Source: a virus. Taken from it: a stretch of 64,000 nt of DNA. Positions within the stretch are counted from its first letter, which is position 1. Each line of letters begins with the position of its first letter. The position numbers and the translations under genes are program-made. The notes beneath the pieces are model-generated. The model ran no database searches and was not told the origin of the DNA. It was given only the letters and a program-made list of their open reading frames with translations. The DNA lies in the IMG/VR virus record IMGVR_UViG_3300044999_000022, positions 1 through 64,000 of that record. One strand, given 5' to 3'. Below are positions 53,628 to 61,691 of the stretch, piece after piece.

Positions 53628-54176
53628 CTAGCCCGGAAGGAGGCTAGACTCCTTCGGGGTGGACCTGGTATGGCTGCCAGCTCCGGGGCCGGTCTTGTGC
53701 GCGGTGGCCTCGTCGTACGGGCTGAAGCCGCGGAGCTGGACCCACCGCTCTTCCAGGTCCGGCCACTTGTCCTTCTGCTTCTTGTCGACGGCGCGCCGGC
53801 CCATGAGCTGCTCGCCGAGGTAGAACTCCGGCTCGGTCGGGATGTCGAGCTCCTTGCCGTCCAGGCACTCCTCGTACTTGCCGATCGCCTTCAGGATCAT
53901 GATGATCGTGTACAGCGCGCCCTTCGTGCCGGCCTCCTCGTCGGCGCCCCAGAGGCACGCGTTCGTGAAGTCCTTACGGTTCGCGAACTCCTGCCACGGT
54001 CCCGGCGTGTCCTGAACCGTGAACTCGAAGGCGAGCATCGGCTTGCCGAAGTTGTTGTCCGAACCGGACTCGGTGAGCTCGACGCCCGTGATGGCGAAGT
54101 GGTACTTGCCGATCGGAAGGGGTTCCCGATCGCCGGCCTGCTTCTCCTGCTCGGAGACGTTTACGCGGATACCCAT
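53628..54176 (-). CDS. Single-stranded DNA-binding protein (DUF669-like)
   Basis: EPLPIGKY..I..VE..GKPML..EFTV; AAGGAG RBS; next to Sak4-like ATPase. Confidence 0.75.
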   Translation of the reverse strand: MGIRVNVSEQEKQAGDREPLPIGKYHFAITGVELTESGSDNNFGKPMLAFEFTVQDTPGPWQEFANRKDFTNACLWGADEEAGTKGALYTIIMILKAIGKYEECLDGKELDIPTEPEFYLGEQLMGRRAVDKKQKDKWPDLEERWVQLRGFSPYDEATAHKTGPGAGSHTRSTPKESSLLPG

Positions 54177-54180
54177 GCTG

Positions 54181-54480
54181 TTACTCCTTGCTTGCCTTTG
54201 CCGTTGTCTTGGGAACATAGTGCGGAGTGACTTGGATGTTGAGTGTGGTACCGTAGTGCCCGCCGGCGTGCCCGCTGGCGGTGATGTAGTACCGGTTCTC
54301 GTAGTCGGCCTGTACAGGAGTCAGATCATCTGCTCCGATGGCCGCGATCAGAAGGTCGGCAGCCTTCTTGCGAAGAGCGTCCGCGCGCGCATCGCTGGTG
54401 TCACTGTCGTGGTCCCGGCGATGCTCCAACTGGGCTACGACTTCATCGCGCGTCCCAGAGGCCGTGATGCTGAAACTCAC
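54181..54480 (-). CDS. Hypothetical protein (MSFSITASGTRDEV...)
   Basis: AGGGAG RBS; GTGA coupling. Confidence 0.6.
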   Translation of the reverse strand: MSFSITASGTRDEVVAQLEHRRDHDSDTSDARADALRKKAADLLIAAIGADDLTPVQADYENRYYITASGHAGGHYGTTLNIQVTPHYVPKTTAKASKE

Positions 54481-54692
54481 GGTGCTACTCCCTTGTCTGC
54501 CGTCGTTGATGTGTTGGTCTCCATCGGGATGCCGATATGTGTCGTACTCCCGCCGGTGATCGTTGCCGAATGCACGTCGTGCCCCGCCTTGCAGAGCTTG
54601 CCCACGAACTCGCACAACAGGTTGTCCGCATCCTCGGGGAGCCCGTTGTGATGAACGCCGTGTCCGAGAATGTGGATGTCCCAGTGTCCCAT
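54477..54692 (-). CDS. Hypothetical His-containing protein
   Basis: AAGGAGGT RBS; GHGVHHNG motif. Confidence 0.6.
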   Translation of the reverse strand: MGHWDIHILGHGVHHNGLPEDADNLLCEFVGKLCKAGHDVHSATITGGSTTHIGIPMETNTSTTADKGVAP

Positions 54693-54712
54693 TTTACTTC
54701 ACCTCCTTCCGT

Positions 54713-55570
54713 TCATGAGATAACTATGCCCTCGTACAACTCGTCCATTGACGAGTTAACAAGGACACGCTCGAAAGCGCCTGTCCTGCTCTTGGCCACG
54801 TACCCCTCGGTCAGGCCGGTAAGCAAGCAGCGCCTCTGGTCTGTGACGATCTTGGTCTTGCCTTCCGCCTGCTTGTCCTCTAGTACGTACAGATACAGTA
54901 CGTTCGAGAACATTCCGGCTGCCTGGTTCTTCAGCTTACCGGGCAGGTCAGGATACGTCCACGTGATGCCGGCGTTGTTGCGCTCCGACGCCTCGTGACA
55001 CACAAAGATGAAGTTGACGGGCAGGTCGCGAAAGGCTCGAATCATGCGACGCATCTGACTGATGGACTGGCCCCACTCGCGGACACTCGGCACGTCGATG
55101 TCGACTGGACCGCCTCCCGGCCGGCCAGTCTTCTCTAGATCGACCATGATGTCACGCATGGACAGCTTCTGCGCTTCAGTGCCGGTGTCGACTACTATCG
55201 TCTTAAATGGCAGTTCGCCGCCGGAGCCTATGACGCGCTGGCATTCCGTCCAGACGTCCACGTACTGCTGGAACTCCCGTATGTGCATTGTTACTGCCTC
55301 GGGAGCCCACCGGCGCAGGGTGTCTAGCTCTGCGGCGTCGGGAACGGTATACAGTACCGGTGACATCGCAGGAACGCGGGCCGCAGTCGCGGCTAGCGCC
55401 GTCTTGCCCGCGCCCGGCTTGCCGTAGATCATGATCTTGGCGTGGTGCGGACGCTCGGTTACTCGTGATACTGGAAAGCCGGCAAACTCTGGAGGGTTCC
55501 AGGTTCTCGCCAAGGCTTCTATGACGGCCTCGGCCTCGGCAGCCTTCTCTAGGTCATCCGCTGTTGTCAT
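54713..55570 (-). CDS. Sak4/AAA_24-like ATPase (single-strand annealing recombinase)
   Basis: IYGKPGAGKT, TIVVDT, FVCHE, P.LPGK, AKSR motifs. Confidence 0.85.
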   Translation of the reverse strand: MTTADDLEKAAEAEAVIEALARTWNPPEFAGFPVSRVTERPHHAKIMIYGKPGAGKTALAATAARVPAMSPVLYTVPDAAELDTLRRWAPEAVTMHIREFQQYVDVWTECQRVIGSGGELPFKTIVVDTGTEAQKLSMRDIMVDLEKTGRPGGGPVDIDVPSVREWGQSISQMRRMIRAFRDLPVNFIFVCHEASERNNAGITWTYPDLPGKLKNQAAGMFSNVLYLYVLEDKQAEGKTKIVTDQRRCLLTGLTEGYVAKSRTGAFERVLVNSSMDELYEGIVIS

Positions 55571-56760
55571 TGTCGTTGTCGTTTCCTTTCTACCTCATAC
55601 CATGGAGGTGTTTGCACAAAACCTGCGCCCAGTTCACCCTGGAAGTCATGACCGGCGCGCTTGGCTAGGCACGGGCTGAGAAAGGCACATCGCCCGCAGC
55701 GCATGAGATTCGGGTGTGGACGAACGTTATCTGGGTCCATGTACAGGATCTCGTGCGTTGCCTGCATCAATTCCCGCCCGATGACGTCTATCTGAGCTGG
55801 TGTCTTGAAGATCTTGAACTGCCTGAAGTACTCTTTGCCTTCCTGCTGCAGCCAGTATAGGTAGGCGTCGTAGCGACCTTGCCTGAACCCGACCTTGTCC
55901 TTCTTGAAAGTGCGAAGGGCAGTATAGTAGTCCGTCAGCTGCAACTTGTTAACGCTGTATCCCCCGCCCTGCAGTAGCTTAGGCGGCTTCGGATAGGTCT
56001 TCCGGAACTGGTTGTAGATGGCCCCGCAGACCTGGATGTCCAATTGCCAGGCAGCCCACAGGTACATACCTAGCTGGGTATCTTGCTGCAAGTAGTCGAT
56101 GTCTTCATAGGACAGTAGCTGGGCGGCGCTCTTGTGGTCAACTAGCCACAGACTACCTACCGGGTCCTCGAAGATAGCGTCGATACGGCAGCCGAAGACT
56201 ACAGGCAGTCCTCTCCACTCATGGGGCGGAGCAACTGAGACCCTGCCAGACTGGACGGCCTTTGACGCGACGATCTTCTCCAGCAGTGGCTCGTAGCGGT
56301 CCATGTACTTCTGCCAGCAGCGCATGCACCGGCAGCGCAGGTTCAGCTCTACTTGATACTCCTGCTCGACGACGATCGGTGTGAACAGCTCGAAGTCCAG
56401 ACTACGAACGACGTTCACAAGCATGTTACGCCCTAGGCGGCGCCGCTCGGCATAGTCCTCAGCGTCTTGGGCGTCGAGGACGATCTTTCCTAGGCGGCCT
56501 AGGTACTCATCGATCTGAACGTTACACTCTTGCTGGAATACCTCCCAAGCGTCGTCCAACAATTGCTGCTTCGTGCGCTGGCGCCATACATGAGGATCGT
56601 AAACCTCTTTGAGCGCTAGATGCCATGCCCTACCGAACTCCAGCGGCTTTGGCGTCCTGATCGGCTCCCAGCCGTCCCGGTATTCCCAGGCCCACTCTTG
56701 CGGGCACTCATCAAGTCCACGTATCTCGGACGAGTGGATCTCGTGTACCAGCTCGTCCAC
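55567..56760 (-). CDS. Cas4/RecB-like PD-(D/E)xK exonuclease
   Basis: CPQEW, FGRAWH, RID..VDHKS, QLGMY, CGRCAFLSPC. Confidence 0.85.
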   Translation of the reverse strand: MDELVHEIHSSEIRGLDECPQEWAWEYRDGWEPIRTPKPLEFGRAWHLALKEVYDPHVWRQRTKQQLLDDAWEVFQQECNVQIDEYLGRLGKIVLDAQDAEDYAERRRLGRNMLVNVVRSLDFELFTPIVVEQEYQVELNLRCRCMRCWQKYMDRYEPLLEKIVASKAVQSGRVSVAPPHEWRGLPVVFGCRIDAIFEDPVGSLWLVDHKSAAQLLSYEDIDYLQQDTQLGMYLWAAWQLDIQVCGAIYNQFRKTYPKPPKLLQGGGYSVNKLQLTDYYTALRTFKKDKVGFRQGRYDAYLYWLQQEGKEYFRQFKIFKTPAQIDVIGRELMQATHEILYMDPDNVRPHPNLMRCGRCAFLSPCLAKRAGHDFQGELGAGFVQTPPWYEVERKRQRQ

Positions 56761-57230
56761 TAGTGCTCCTCCGCCCAAACATTGGCGGCCTTTGTATAGC
56801 ACCCTCCAGGATGACCTTGAGCGGCGTACAAGCAGTCCTTATCGTGTACCTGTACCGGCAATAGATTACGTGGACGCTTCGTCATCCCAGTTGGCGGCGG
56901 TGCTTGAATCCTGCTGCCGGTCTTGTTCGCCACCTCTCGGAGATCGGCCAGGCTGGACATTGCGTAGACGCCTTGGACGTCGTAACCGAGATGGCGCGCG
57001 AGATACCGGGCCTCTTCAATACCTTCGACCGTATTGGTGAACACTCCGGAGGACTGGTCGTTCCTGCCGATCAGCACGCAGTAGTTCAATCCCTGGCCAG
57101 GGAGCGGCGCTAGTTCGTCCTTGTCTCCATGGGCAGGACACGCCCGCATGCTCGAGATTGCAACGCCCGGAATATTGTCAATGACGCATGTACAAGTTGG
57201 TTCGCTTGGATCGCTATCACTATCTTTCAT
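56760..57230 (-). CDS. Hypothetical protein, probably leaderless transcript
   Basis: ATG 6 nt downstream of TATACT; CTC..CPAH motif. Confidence 0.55.
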   Translation of the reverse strand: MKDSDSDPSEPTCTCVIDNIPGVAISSMRACPAHGDKDELAPLPGQGLNYCVLIGRNDQSSGVFTNTVEGIEEARYLARHLGYDVQGVYAMSSLADLREVANKTGSRIQAPPPTGMTKRPRNLLPVQVHDKDCLYAAQGHPGGCYTKAANVWAEEH

Positions 57231-57236
57231 ACTAAT

Positions 57237-57266
57237 AGTATATCATTGGAAGAAGACGAATCTCGC
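57237..57266 (-). promoter_or_regulatory. Promoter (GCGAGATTC...TGATATACT) for the recombination/modification/replication operon
   Basis: Extended -10 TGaTATACT; matches element at 26585-26614. Confidence 0.65.
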
Positions 57267-57337
57267 TGATATTCCACCGAAATTTCGAGGAATTTATTTG
57301 GCGGACAATCCGACGTATGCAGTGCCTAATTTTAGGC

Positions 57338-57377
57338 AAAAAGAAAGGGCCGACGCTCCTGGCTGGAGCGCCGGCCC
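57338..57377 (-). terminator. Intrinsic terminator
   Basis: GGGCCGGCGCTCC/GGAGCGTCGGCCC stem followed by TTTCTTTTT. Confidence 0.85.
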
Positions 57378-57383
57378 GTGGGT

Positions 57384-57482
57384 CTACTTGAACATCTGTT
57401 GGCGAAGCCGCCGCATAGGCTTGCGGTTCCGCAGCGCCTTAAGCGTGAGCCATAGCGAGCGGCGACGACGGCGATGCCACAT
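57384..57482 (-). CDS. Small very basic peptide (MWHRRRRRSLW...)
   Basis: GAGGAGGT RBS; ends just before terminator. Confidence 0.5.
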   Translation of the reverse strand: MWHRRRRRSLWLTLKALRNRKPMRRLRQQMFK

Positions 57483-57493
57483 TGATACCTCCT

Positions 57494-58087
57494 CTACTGC
57501 TCCGTGAGCGGGATCCAGAACGAGCCGGTCGGCGGGCCGCTGAAGACCCACCCAGCGTTCCAGGTCTTGCGGACCGTCAGTCCGTGCCACCAGATCTGGT
57601 AACCCCGCTGGGGGGTGCTGATGAACTCGTGGTGCTGGTTGTACATCCGGCCGACCGAGTTATGCTTGATCCCTCCGAACATGAACAGCGTCTGGGGCAG
57701 CGGCACATCGCGATTCTTCGGCACGTCCAGCAGCTCGACCGCATTGTTCGTGCCGGGAATGCCTCCGATGACGTATTGCGGGTGGGCTGCCAGCGCGATC
57801 AGGACGGTGCCCTTGAGGACAATCCCGGTCCAGATCTGGAGCGCGTCACCAGCCGTGCAGCCGAACACGTACAGCTCGGCATGGTTGGCAGCGTTTCCGG
57901 CCGTGAGGCACTGGCCGCGTTCGCCGTTCGGATGGATCGTGCCCTCAAAGTGGTACCCCGTAACTGCATGGCGCTGTACGATAGCCGCCGGTCTTGTGAG
58001 GGCGGCGCTGGCTGGTCCCGCTGTCATGGAAATACCTCCGATCCCGATTGCGGCTGCTACCGCGACGGCTAGCCACTTTTGTTTCAT
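57494..58087 (-). CDS. Secreted protein with ricin-B/beta-trefoil-like region
   Basis: Signal peptide ending ASA; GQCLTA..VFGC..LQIW QxW-type motif. Confidence 0.6.
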   Translation of the reverse strand: MKQKWLAVAVAAAIGIGGISMTAGPASAALTRPAAIVQRHAVTGYHFEGTIHPNGERGQCLTAGNAANHAELYVFGCTAGDALQIWTGIVLKGTVLIALAAHPQYVIGGIPGTNNAVELLDVPKNRDVPLPQTLFMFGGIKHNSVGRMYNQHHEFISTPQRGYQIWWHGLTVRKTWNAGWVFSGPPTGSFWIPLTEQ

Positions 58088-58139
58088 TGATCACCCTCTC
58101 GGGCCTGAATTGCTGCAGAATTTCTACAGCGCCTACGTG

Positions 58140-58826
58140 TTAGGGCTTCTGGTAGACCGCCATTGCCGTGTCCGTGGCGATGATCGGCCAGTCCAGCTTC
58201 GAGGGGGAGTTACCGAGGATCAGGTAGGCCCCCGAAGACATGTGCTCCGTGACCTGGGCTTCCAGCGCCATGGCGACGTCGTAAACCCAGATGGGTCGGT
58301 TGTGGAAGACGATGTCGTACGAACCGTAGCCATTGAAGAGCAGGGCATCGTTTACGACTGCCGACGCTGCAGAATCGTATTGACGTATCAGGGCCCTAGC
58401 GCTTGCGACATACTCTGGATTGATGTCGAAGCCGTCAGAGTCGAGGCCGAAGACCTTATCGACCATAACTAGCTTCGTGCCGACGCCGCAGCCGACTTCA
58501 AGAAGGGAAGTCGGCTGGCCCATGTAGTTCGTCTGTGTGTGTAGTAGCACAGCATTGACCAGGTAGCCGAAACGGCTCAGCGGGTGTGGCTTGAAGTTCC
58601 AGTGATCACCGGTTTTGCTGTTGTCGATCGACACGGCCTCCAGGCCGACCAGTTCGTTGATCAGGTTGCGAACGCTCTGGTCCGCCCACGAGAAGTCGAA
58701 CCCTGCGACGTCGTGGTCGAGGTCCGCTTCTCCTACCAGCTTCGGCGCCTCGTCGGTCATCGTTCCTCCGTATGTGTTTTGTATGTAACGAACTACGTCC
58801 GTATAGCTGAACAGTGAGTCGCTCAC
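58140..58826 (-). CDS. Class I SAM-dependent methyltransferase
   Basis: LLEVGCGVG, GFDIN, NDAL, YDIVFHNRP, GAYLI; start may be 58760. Confidence 0.85.
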   Translation of the reverse strand: MSDSLFSYTDVVRYIQNTYGGTMTDEAPKLVGEADLDHDVAGFDFSWADQSVRNLINELVGLEAVSIDNSKTGDHWNFKPHPLSRFGYLVNAVLLHTQTNYMGQPTSLLEVGCGVGTKLVMVDKVFGLDSDGFDINPEYVASARALIRQYDSAASAVVNDALLFNGYGSYDIVFHNRPIWVYDVAMALEAQVTEHMSSGAYLILGNSPSKLDWPIIATDTAMAVYQKP

Positions 58827-59119
58827 GACTGCTGTGCCCGTGCTTGCTGGACTTGCTTGGCGACCTTCTCGATTGCCAAGATTGCGTTAAATGCCAACTT
58901 GAGATCGGTTATGAGACCGGCGCGCTTGTCTGCGTCCTTTGCGTACGGGAGTACTCCGCGCCGAACTAGGTAGTCGAAGTACCCATCAGGATCGTCCAGG
59001 ATGAATGCGAGCGCGTGAACGGCAGGCGCCAGTGCTGTATGCCCGATGTCGGCCGGCCCCGGATCGACAGGAGCCTTTCCCAGGAGGACCTGCTCTACGG
59101 GTTCGAAGTCGACGCTCAC
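58823..59119 (-). CDS. Hypothetical protein
   Basis: GTGA overlap with upstream stop. Confidence 0.5.
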   Translation of the reverse strand: MSVDFEPVEQVLLGKAPVDPGPADIGHTALAPAVHALAFILDDPDGYFDYLVRRGVLPYAKDADKRAGLITDLKLAFNAILAIEKVAKQVQQARAQQS

Positions 59120-59316
59120 GACTGTCCATTCACGCGTATCTGCAGCGCAGCCGACTCGAGCGTCTCCGCTGTCGTGCTGGCGTCGGTTGACGTACTCAGC
59201 AGGCGAAGACGGCCGTGAGGGCATACGGCGATAAGGATCACGCCAACAACCTCATCCTCTGAGACGTGGACGATCTCCGCTACCTTGGCAATAATTTCTC
59301 CGACGGTCTGGCTCAT
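59116..59316 (-). CDS. Hypothetical protein
   Basis: ATGA coupling. Confidence 0.55.
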   Translation of the reverse strand: MSQTVGEIIAKVAEIVHVSEDEVVGVILIAVCPHGRLRLLSTSTDASTTAETLESAALQIRVNGQS

Positions 59317-59558
59317 GGTCCCTCAATCAGCGTCAATCCGAGTGGGAGCTTCCTTCTGTGGCGGACGATTTCGTATCTGGCCGTGCCTAGTCCATAGTGC
59401 CACTGCAGGGCAATGCCGCCGTTGACCTTATCTCCATTGTAGTATACGTGCCAGTAGTAACCGAACTCGCACTCAGTGATCTCGATCCGGTACCGGTGGA
59501 CGCTCTGGGACGAGGTCTCGATTGAGGTACTGCTGGTCGGTGAAGTGTTGGCAGTCAC
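59313..59558 (-). CDS. Hypothetical protein (start uncertain)
   Basis: Aromatic-rich C-terminal half; stop overlaps next start. Confidence 0.45.
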   Translation of the reverse strand: MTANTSPTSSTSIETSSQSVHRYRIEITECEFGYYWHVYYNGDKVNGGIALQWHYGLGTARYEIVRHRRKLPLGLTLIEGP

Positions 59559-59658
59559 AGTGAGTGCCCCCGGGACATTGTGCGTGCTGGCGGTTCGCCT
59601 CTTCGACGTCTCCCGCCGCGAATGCCTTGCCCGCAGCCTTACAGGGATCGCACGTCAC
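59473..59658 (-). CDS. Small Cys/His-rich protein
   Basis: CDPCK..H..C..CDCQH motif; GTGA coupling. Confidence 0.6.
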   Translation of the reverse strand: MTCDPCKAAGKAFAAGDVEEANRQHAQCPGGTHCDCQHFTDQQYLNRDLVPERPPVPDRDH

Positions 59659-59882
59659 GGATGGGCCCTCACCTCGTCCAGGAGTGCCTGGTACTCGCGA
59701 TGCGCCGCCCGCTTGGTAGCGGCTCGTTCGTTGTTGTCGTCTCCATGCAGTTCTGACTCGTCGACCACATAGCCATTCACGATTTCATACGCCTTGAGCG
59801 TGTGCGGCTTCTCGTCCCAGTACCACTTGCGATACCTCGTGCGAAGGACGATCTCACCAAGAGGCTTTTCAGTTTTGGACAT
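59655..59882 (-). CDS. Hypothetical protein
   Basis: Starts immediately after the queE stop. Confidence 0.55.
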   Translation of the reverse strand: MSKTEKPLGEIVLRTRYRKWYWDEKPHTLKAYEIVNGYVVDESELHGDDNNERAATKRAAHREYQALLDEVRAHP

Positions 59883-59884
59883 TA

Positions 59885-60703
59885 CTACCGCTTCCTTTCC
59901 TCTTCCCATATGAGCGTTTGTAGCCGCGTACTGAGACCGAACCCTCGGTCGATTGCGCGTTGCCCTAGCCGTATCGTGCCCGCTAGGACCTCCCTGCGCG
60001 TACGTCCTTCTGGCATGAGCATCACCTTCCCTGGCGGGATCTCGTAGCGGTCGGTCAGTAGGTCGACCTCTTCGAGGTCCTCCTCTATCTGTGCCTTAGT
60101 AATCACGAACTTGAAGGTAACGTTCTGGAGGCCGGCAAAGAACTGTAGCGGGGCGTCTACGCGTCTTGTCTGCGTAGTGTTGCCGCTGGAGTGCAACTTC
60201 GGCGAGACGACGTAGTGCGCAACGTGCCCGTGAAGCAGGAAGCCTGGCAACTTCGTACCCGCAGTCTCGATGTGGATCTGATAACCGGCGTGCTCGAGCG
60301 TGTGGGCCAGCTCGCCTAGCAAGTCTGTAGCCCTAGTAAAGAGCGCAGGCTCGTCCCGCGTCATCAGCCTACCGCCGGTCTGCAACAGCGGTTCGCCTCC
60401 TGAGAAGACTACGATACAAGGATCGGCCAGCTCAAGGAGCTTCGTACGGACCTCCATGACAGTCATCTCATGAATTTCGGCTTCGCGGGAGTAGACAATC
60501 TTGTCCTCGTGTCGCTTGGCTGTCGCTTCCGTAAAGGCCCAGGTGTAAGCGGTATCGCACCAGCCGCAACGAAGATTGCATATCGCGAGCCGTACCCAGA
60601 GAGCTCGCTGGCCGATGAAGGATCCCTCACCCTGAAGGGTCGGGCCGAAGATCTCGTTGATCCGCAGTTTCGGAAGGTCGAGCCTCAAGTGGGTTCCGCT
60701 CAT
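59885..60703 (-). CDS. queE: 7-carboxy-7-deazaguanine synthase (radical SAM)
   Basis: EIFGPTLQGEG, CNLRCGWCDT, FSGGEPLLQ, IETAGT, VSPKL, FKFVI, MPEG, RLQ. Confidence 0.93.
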   Translation of the reverse strand: MSGTHLRLDLPKLRINEIFGPTLQGEGSFIGQRALWVRLAICNLRCGWCDTAYTWAFTEATAKRHEDKIVYSREAEIHEMTVMEVRTKLLELADPCIVVFSGGEPLLQTGGRLMTRDEPALFTRATDLLGELAHTLEHAGYQIHIETAGTKLPGFLLHGHVAHYVVSPKLHSSGNTTQTRRVDAPLQFFAGLQNVTFKFVITKAQIEEDLEEVDLLTDRYEIPPGKVMLMPEGRTRREVLAGTIRLGQRAIDRGFGLSTRLQTLIWEEERKR

Positions 60704-60905
60704 TAACTACCTCTCGTGTCGTACGGTCCTCATAGGTGTACACCGTAGCAGTTTTTACTGGCCACTCATACACCCACTGCTGGTGTGTAGTACAGAAATA
60801 CGTGTACATGCCATTTGAGTCTTTGACGCTCTTCATGGTGAGACTGCACGGAGCCTTCTTGTCGAACCAGCTGCATTCTCGGGGCTTACCGGAACTCCAC
60901 GACAT
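60627..60905 (-). CDS. Hypothetical Zn-ribbon-like protein
   Basis: ECSW..PC..FCTTH. Confidence 0.5.
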   Translation of the reverse strand: MSWSSGKPRECSWFDKKAPCSLTMKSVKDSNGMYTYFCTTHQQWVYEWPVKTATVYTYEDRTTREVVNERNPLEARPSETADQRDLRPDPSG

Positions 60906-60911
60906 GACGCC

Positions 60912-61202
60912 CTATCTTGATAGCTCGCATTTACAGGATAGGTAGCCGCAGCGTATGCAGCCCCGTCCTCCGTTGCCCCTAAGCCGCAGGCAAACATTAC
61001 AGCCATGATTTGGGGAACGGCGTCCCCAGCGTACGGTATTATGGCCGCAGCTTTTGTATGGCACGCGACCTATCCTTACCGGAAGGCGCACTCTAGTGCT
61101 GATACTGTACGGAGGATACCCTACAGGCCCTGTGTCCTCAGTCAGGTTCCACTCAGGACTGTAGTTCTTGATCCCCTGAGGGTACCTGCGTGCCGTTTCC
61201 AT
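60912..61202 (-). CDS. Hypothetical Cys-rich protein
   Basis: GAGGGG RBS; CNVC, CIRCGY..CKC. Confidence 0.5.
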   Translation of the reverse strand: METARRYPQGIKNYSPEWNLTEDTGPVGYPPYSISTRVRLPVRIGRVPYKSCGHNTVRWGRRSPNHGCNVCLRLRGNGGRGCIRCGYLSCKCELSR

Positions 61203-61250
61203 AATGACCCCCTCTCCAGCTGGATCGCTTGGATATTCTCATATACTATA

Positions 61251-61280
61251 ATTATACTATGCCCTACGGGTAAAAATCCA
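61251..61280 (-). promoter_or_regulatory. Promoter TGGATT-N18-TATAAT
   Basis: Consensus -10 in an AT-rich island. Confidence 0.65.
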
Positions 61281-61286
61281 GCCGAC

Positions 61287-61691
61287 CTATCGGGGCGGGA
61301 TTGGTCCCGCCGCCTGACCGTTTGCCGCACTGTTTGCCTTCATGATTGCAGTGCGTATGCCTTCGTACGAAACCTTAATGGCCTCCTTGATCTCGTCCTC
61401 GGTCGGCAGGAGGCCGTTGAGGACGTGCACGTTAGCCTGGAGCGGTAGCTCCACGCCGAGGAGCACGGCCCCGTGAAGCGGTCGGCCGCGCGCTGCGATG
61501 ATGAGTCCGTATCCCGTGGTCTGGACGACGACCTCCGTCTTGGGATCCTGTACCTGGAAGGTACCCCACACGACGTCCCAGGTCGCGACGTCGAGACCGA
61601 ACTTGCCGCTATCGAGGTTCCTGGCGACCAGGTCGCAGAGTCGCTGCTGGCAGTTCGGGACGGAGGTAACTTTCTCTTCGTTCTCACTCAT
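61287..61691 (-). CDS. Hypothetical protein
   Basis: GGAG RBS, overlaps helicase stop. Confidence 0.65.
   Translation of the reverse strand: MSENEEKVTSVPNCQQRLCDLVARNLDSGKFGLDVATWDVVWGTFQVQDPKTEVVVQTTGYGLIIAARGRPLHGAVLLGVELPLQANVHVLNGLLPTEDEIKEAIKVSYEGIRTAIMKANSAANGQAAGPIPPR

Noticed and set aside
55567-56760. Cas4-like nuclease as evidence of a CRISPR system
   Set aside because: No repeat-spacer array or other cas genes; it sits in the usual phage exonuclease-Sak4-SSB recombination module.
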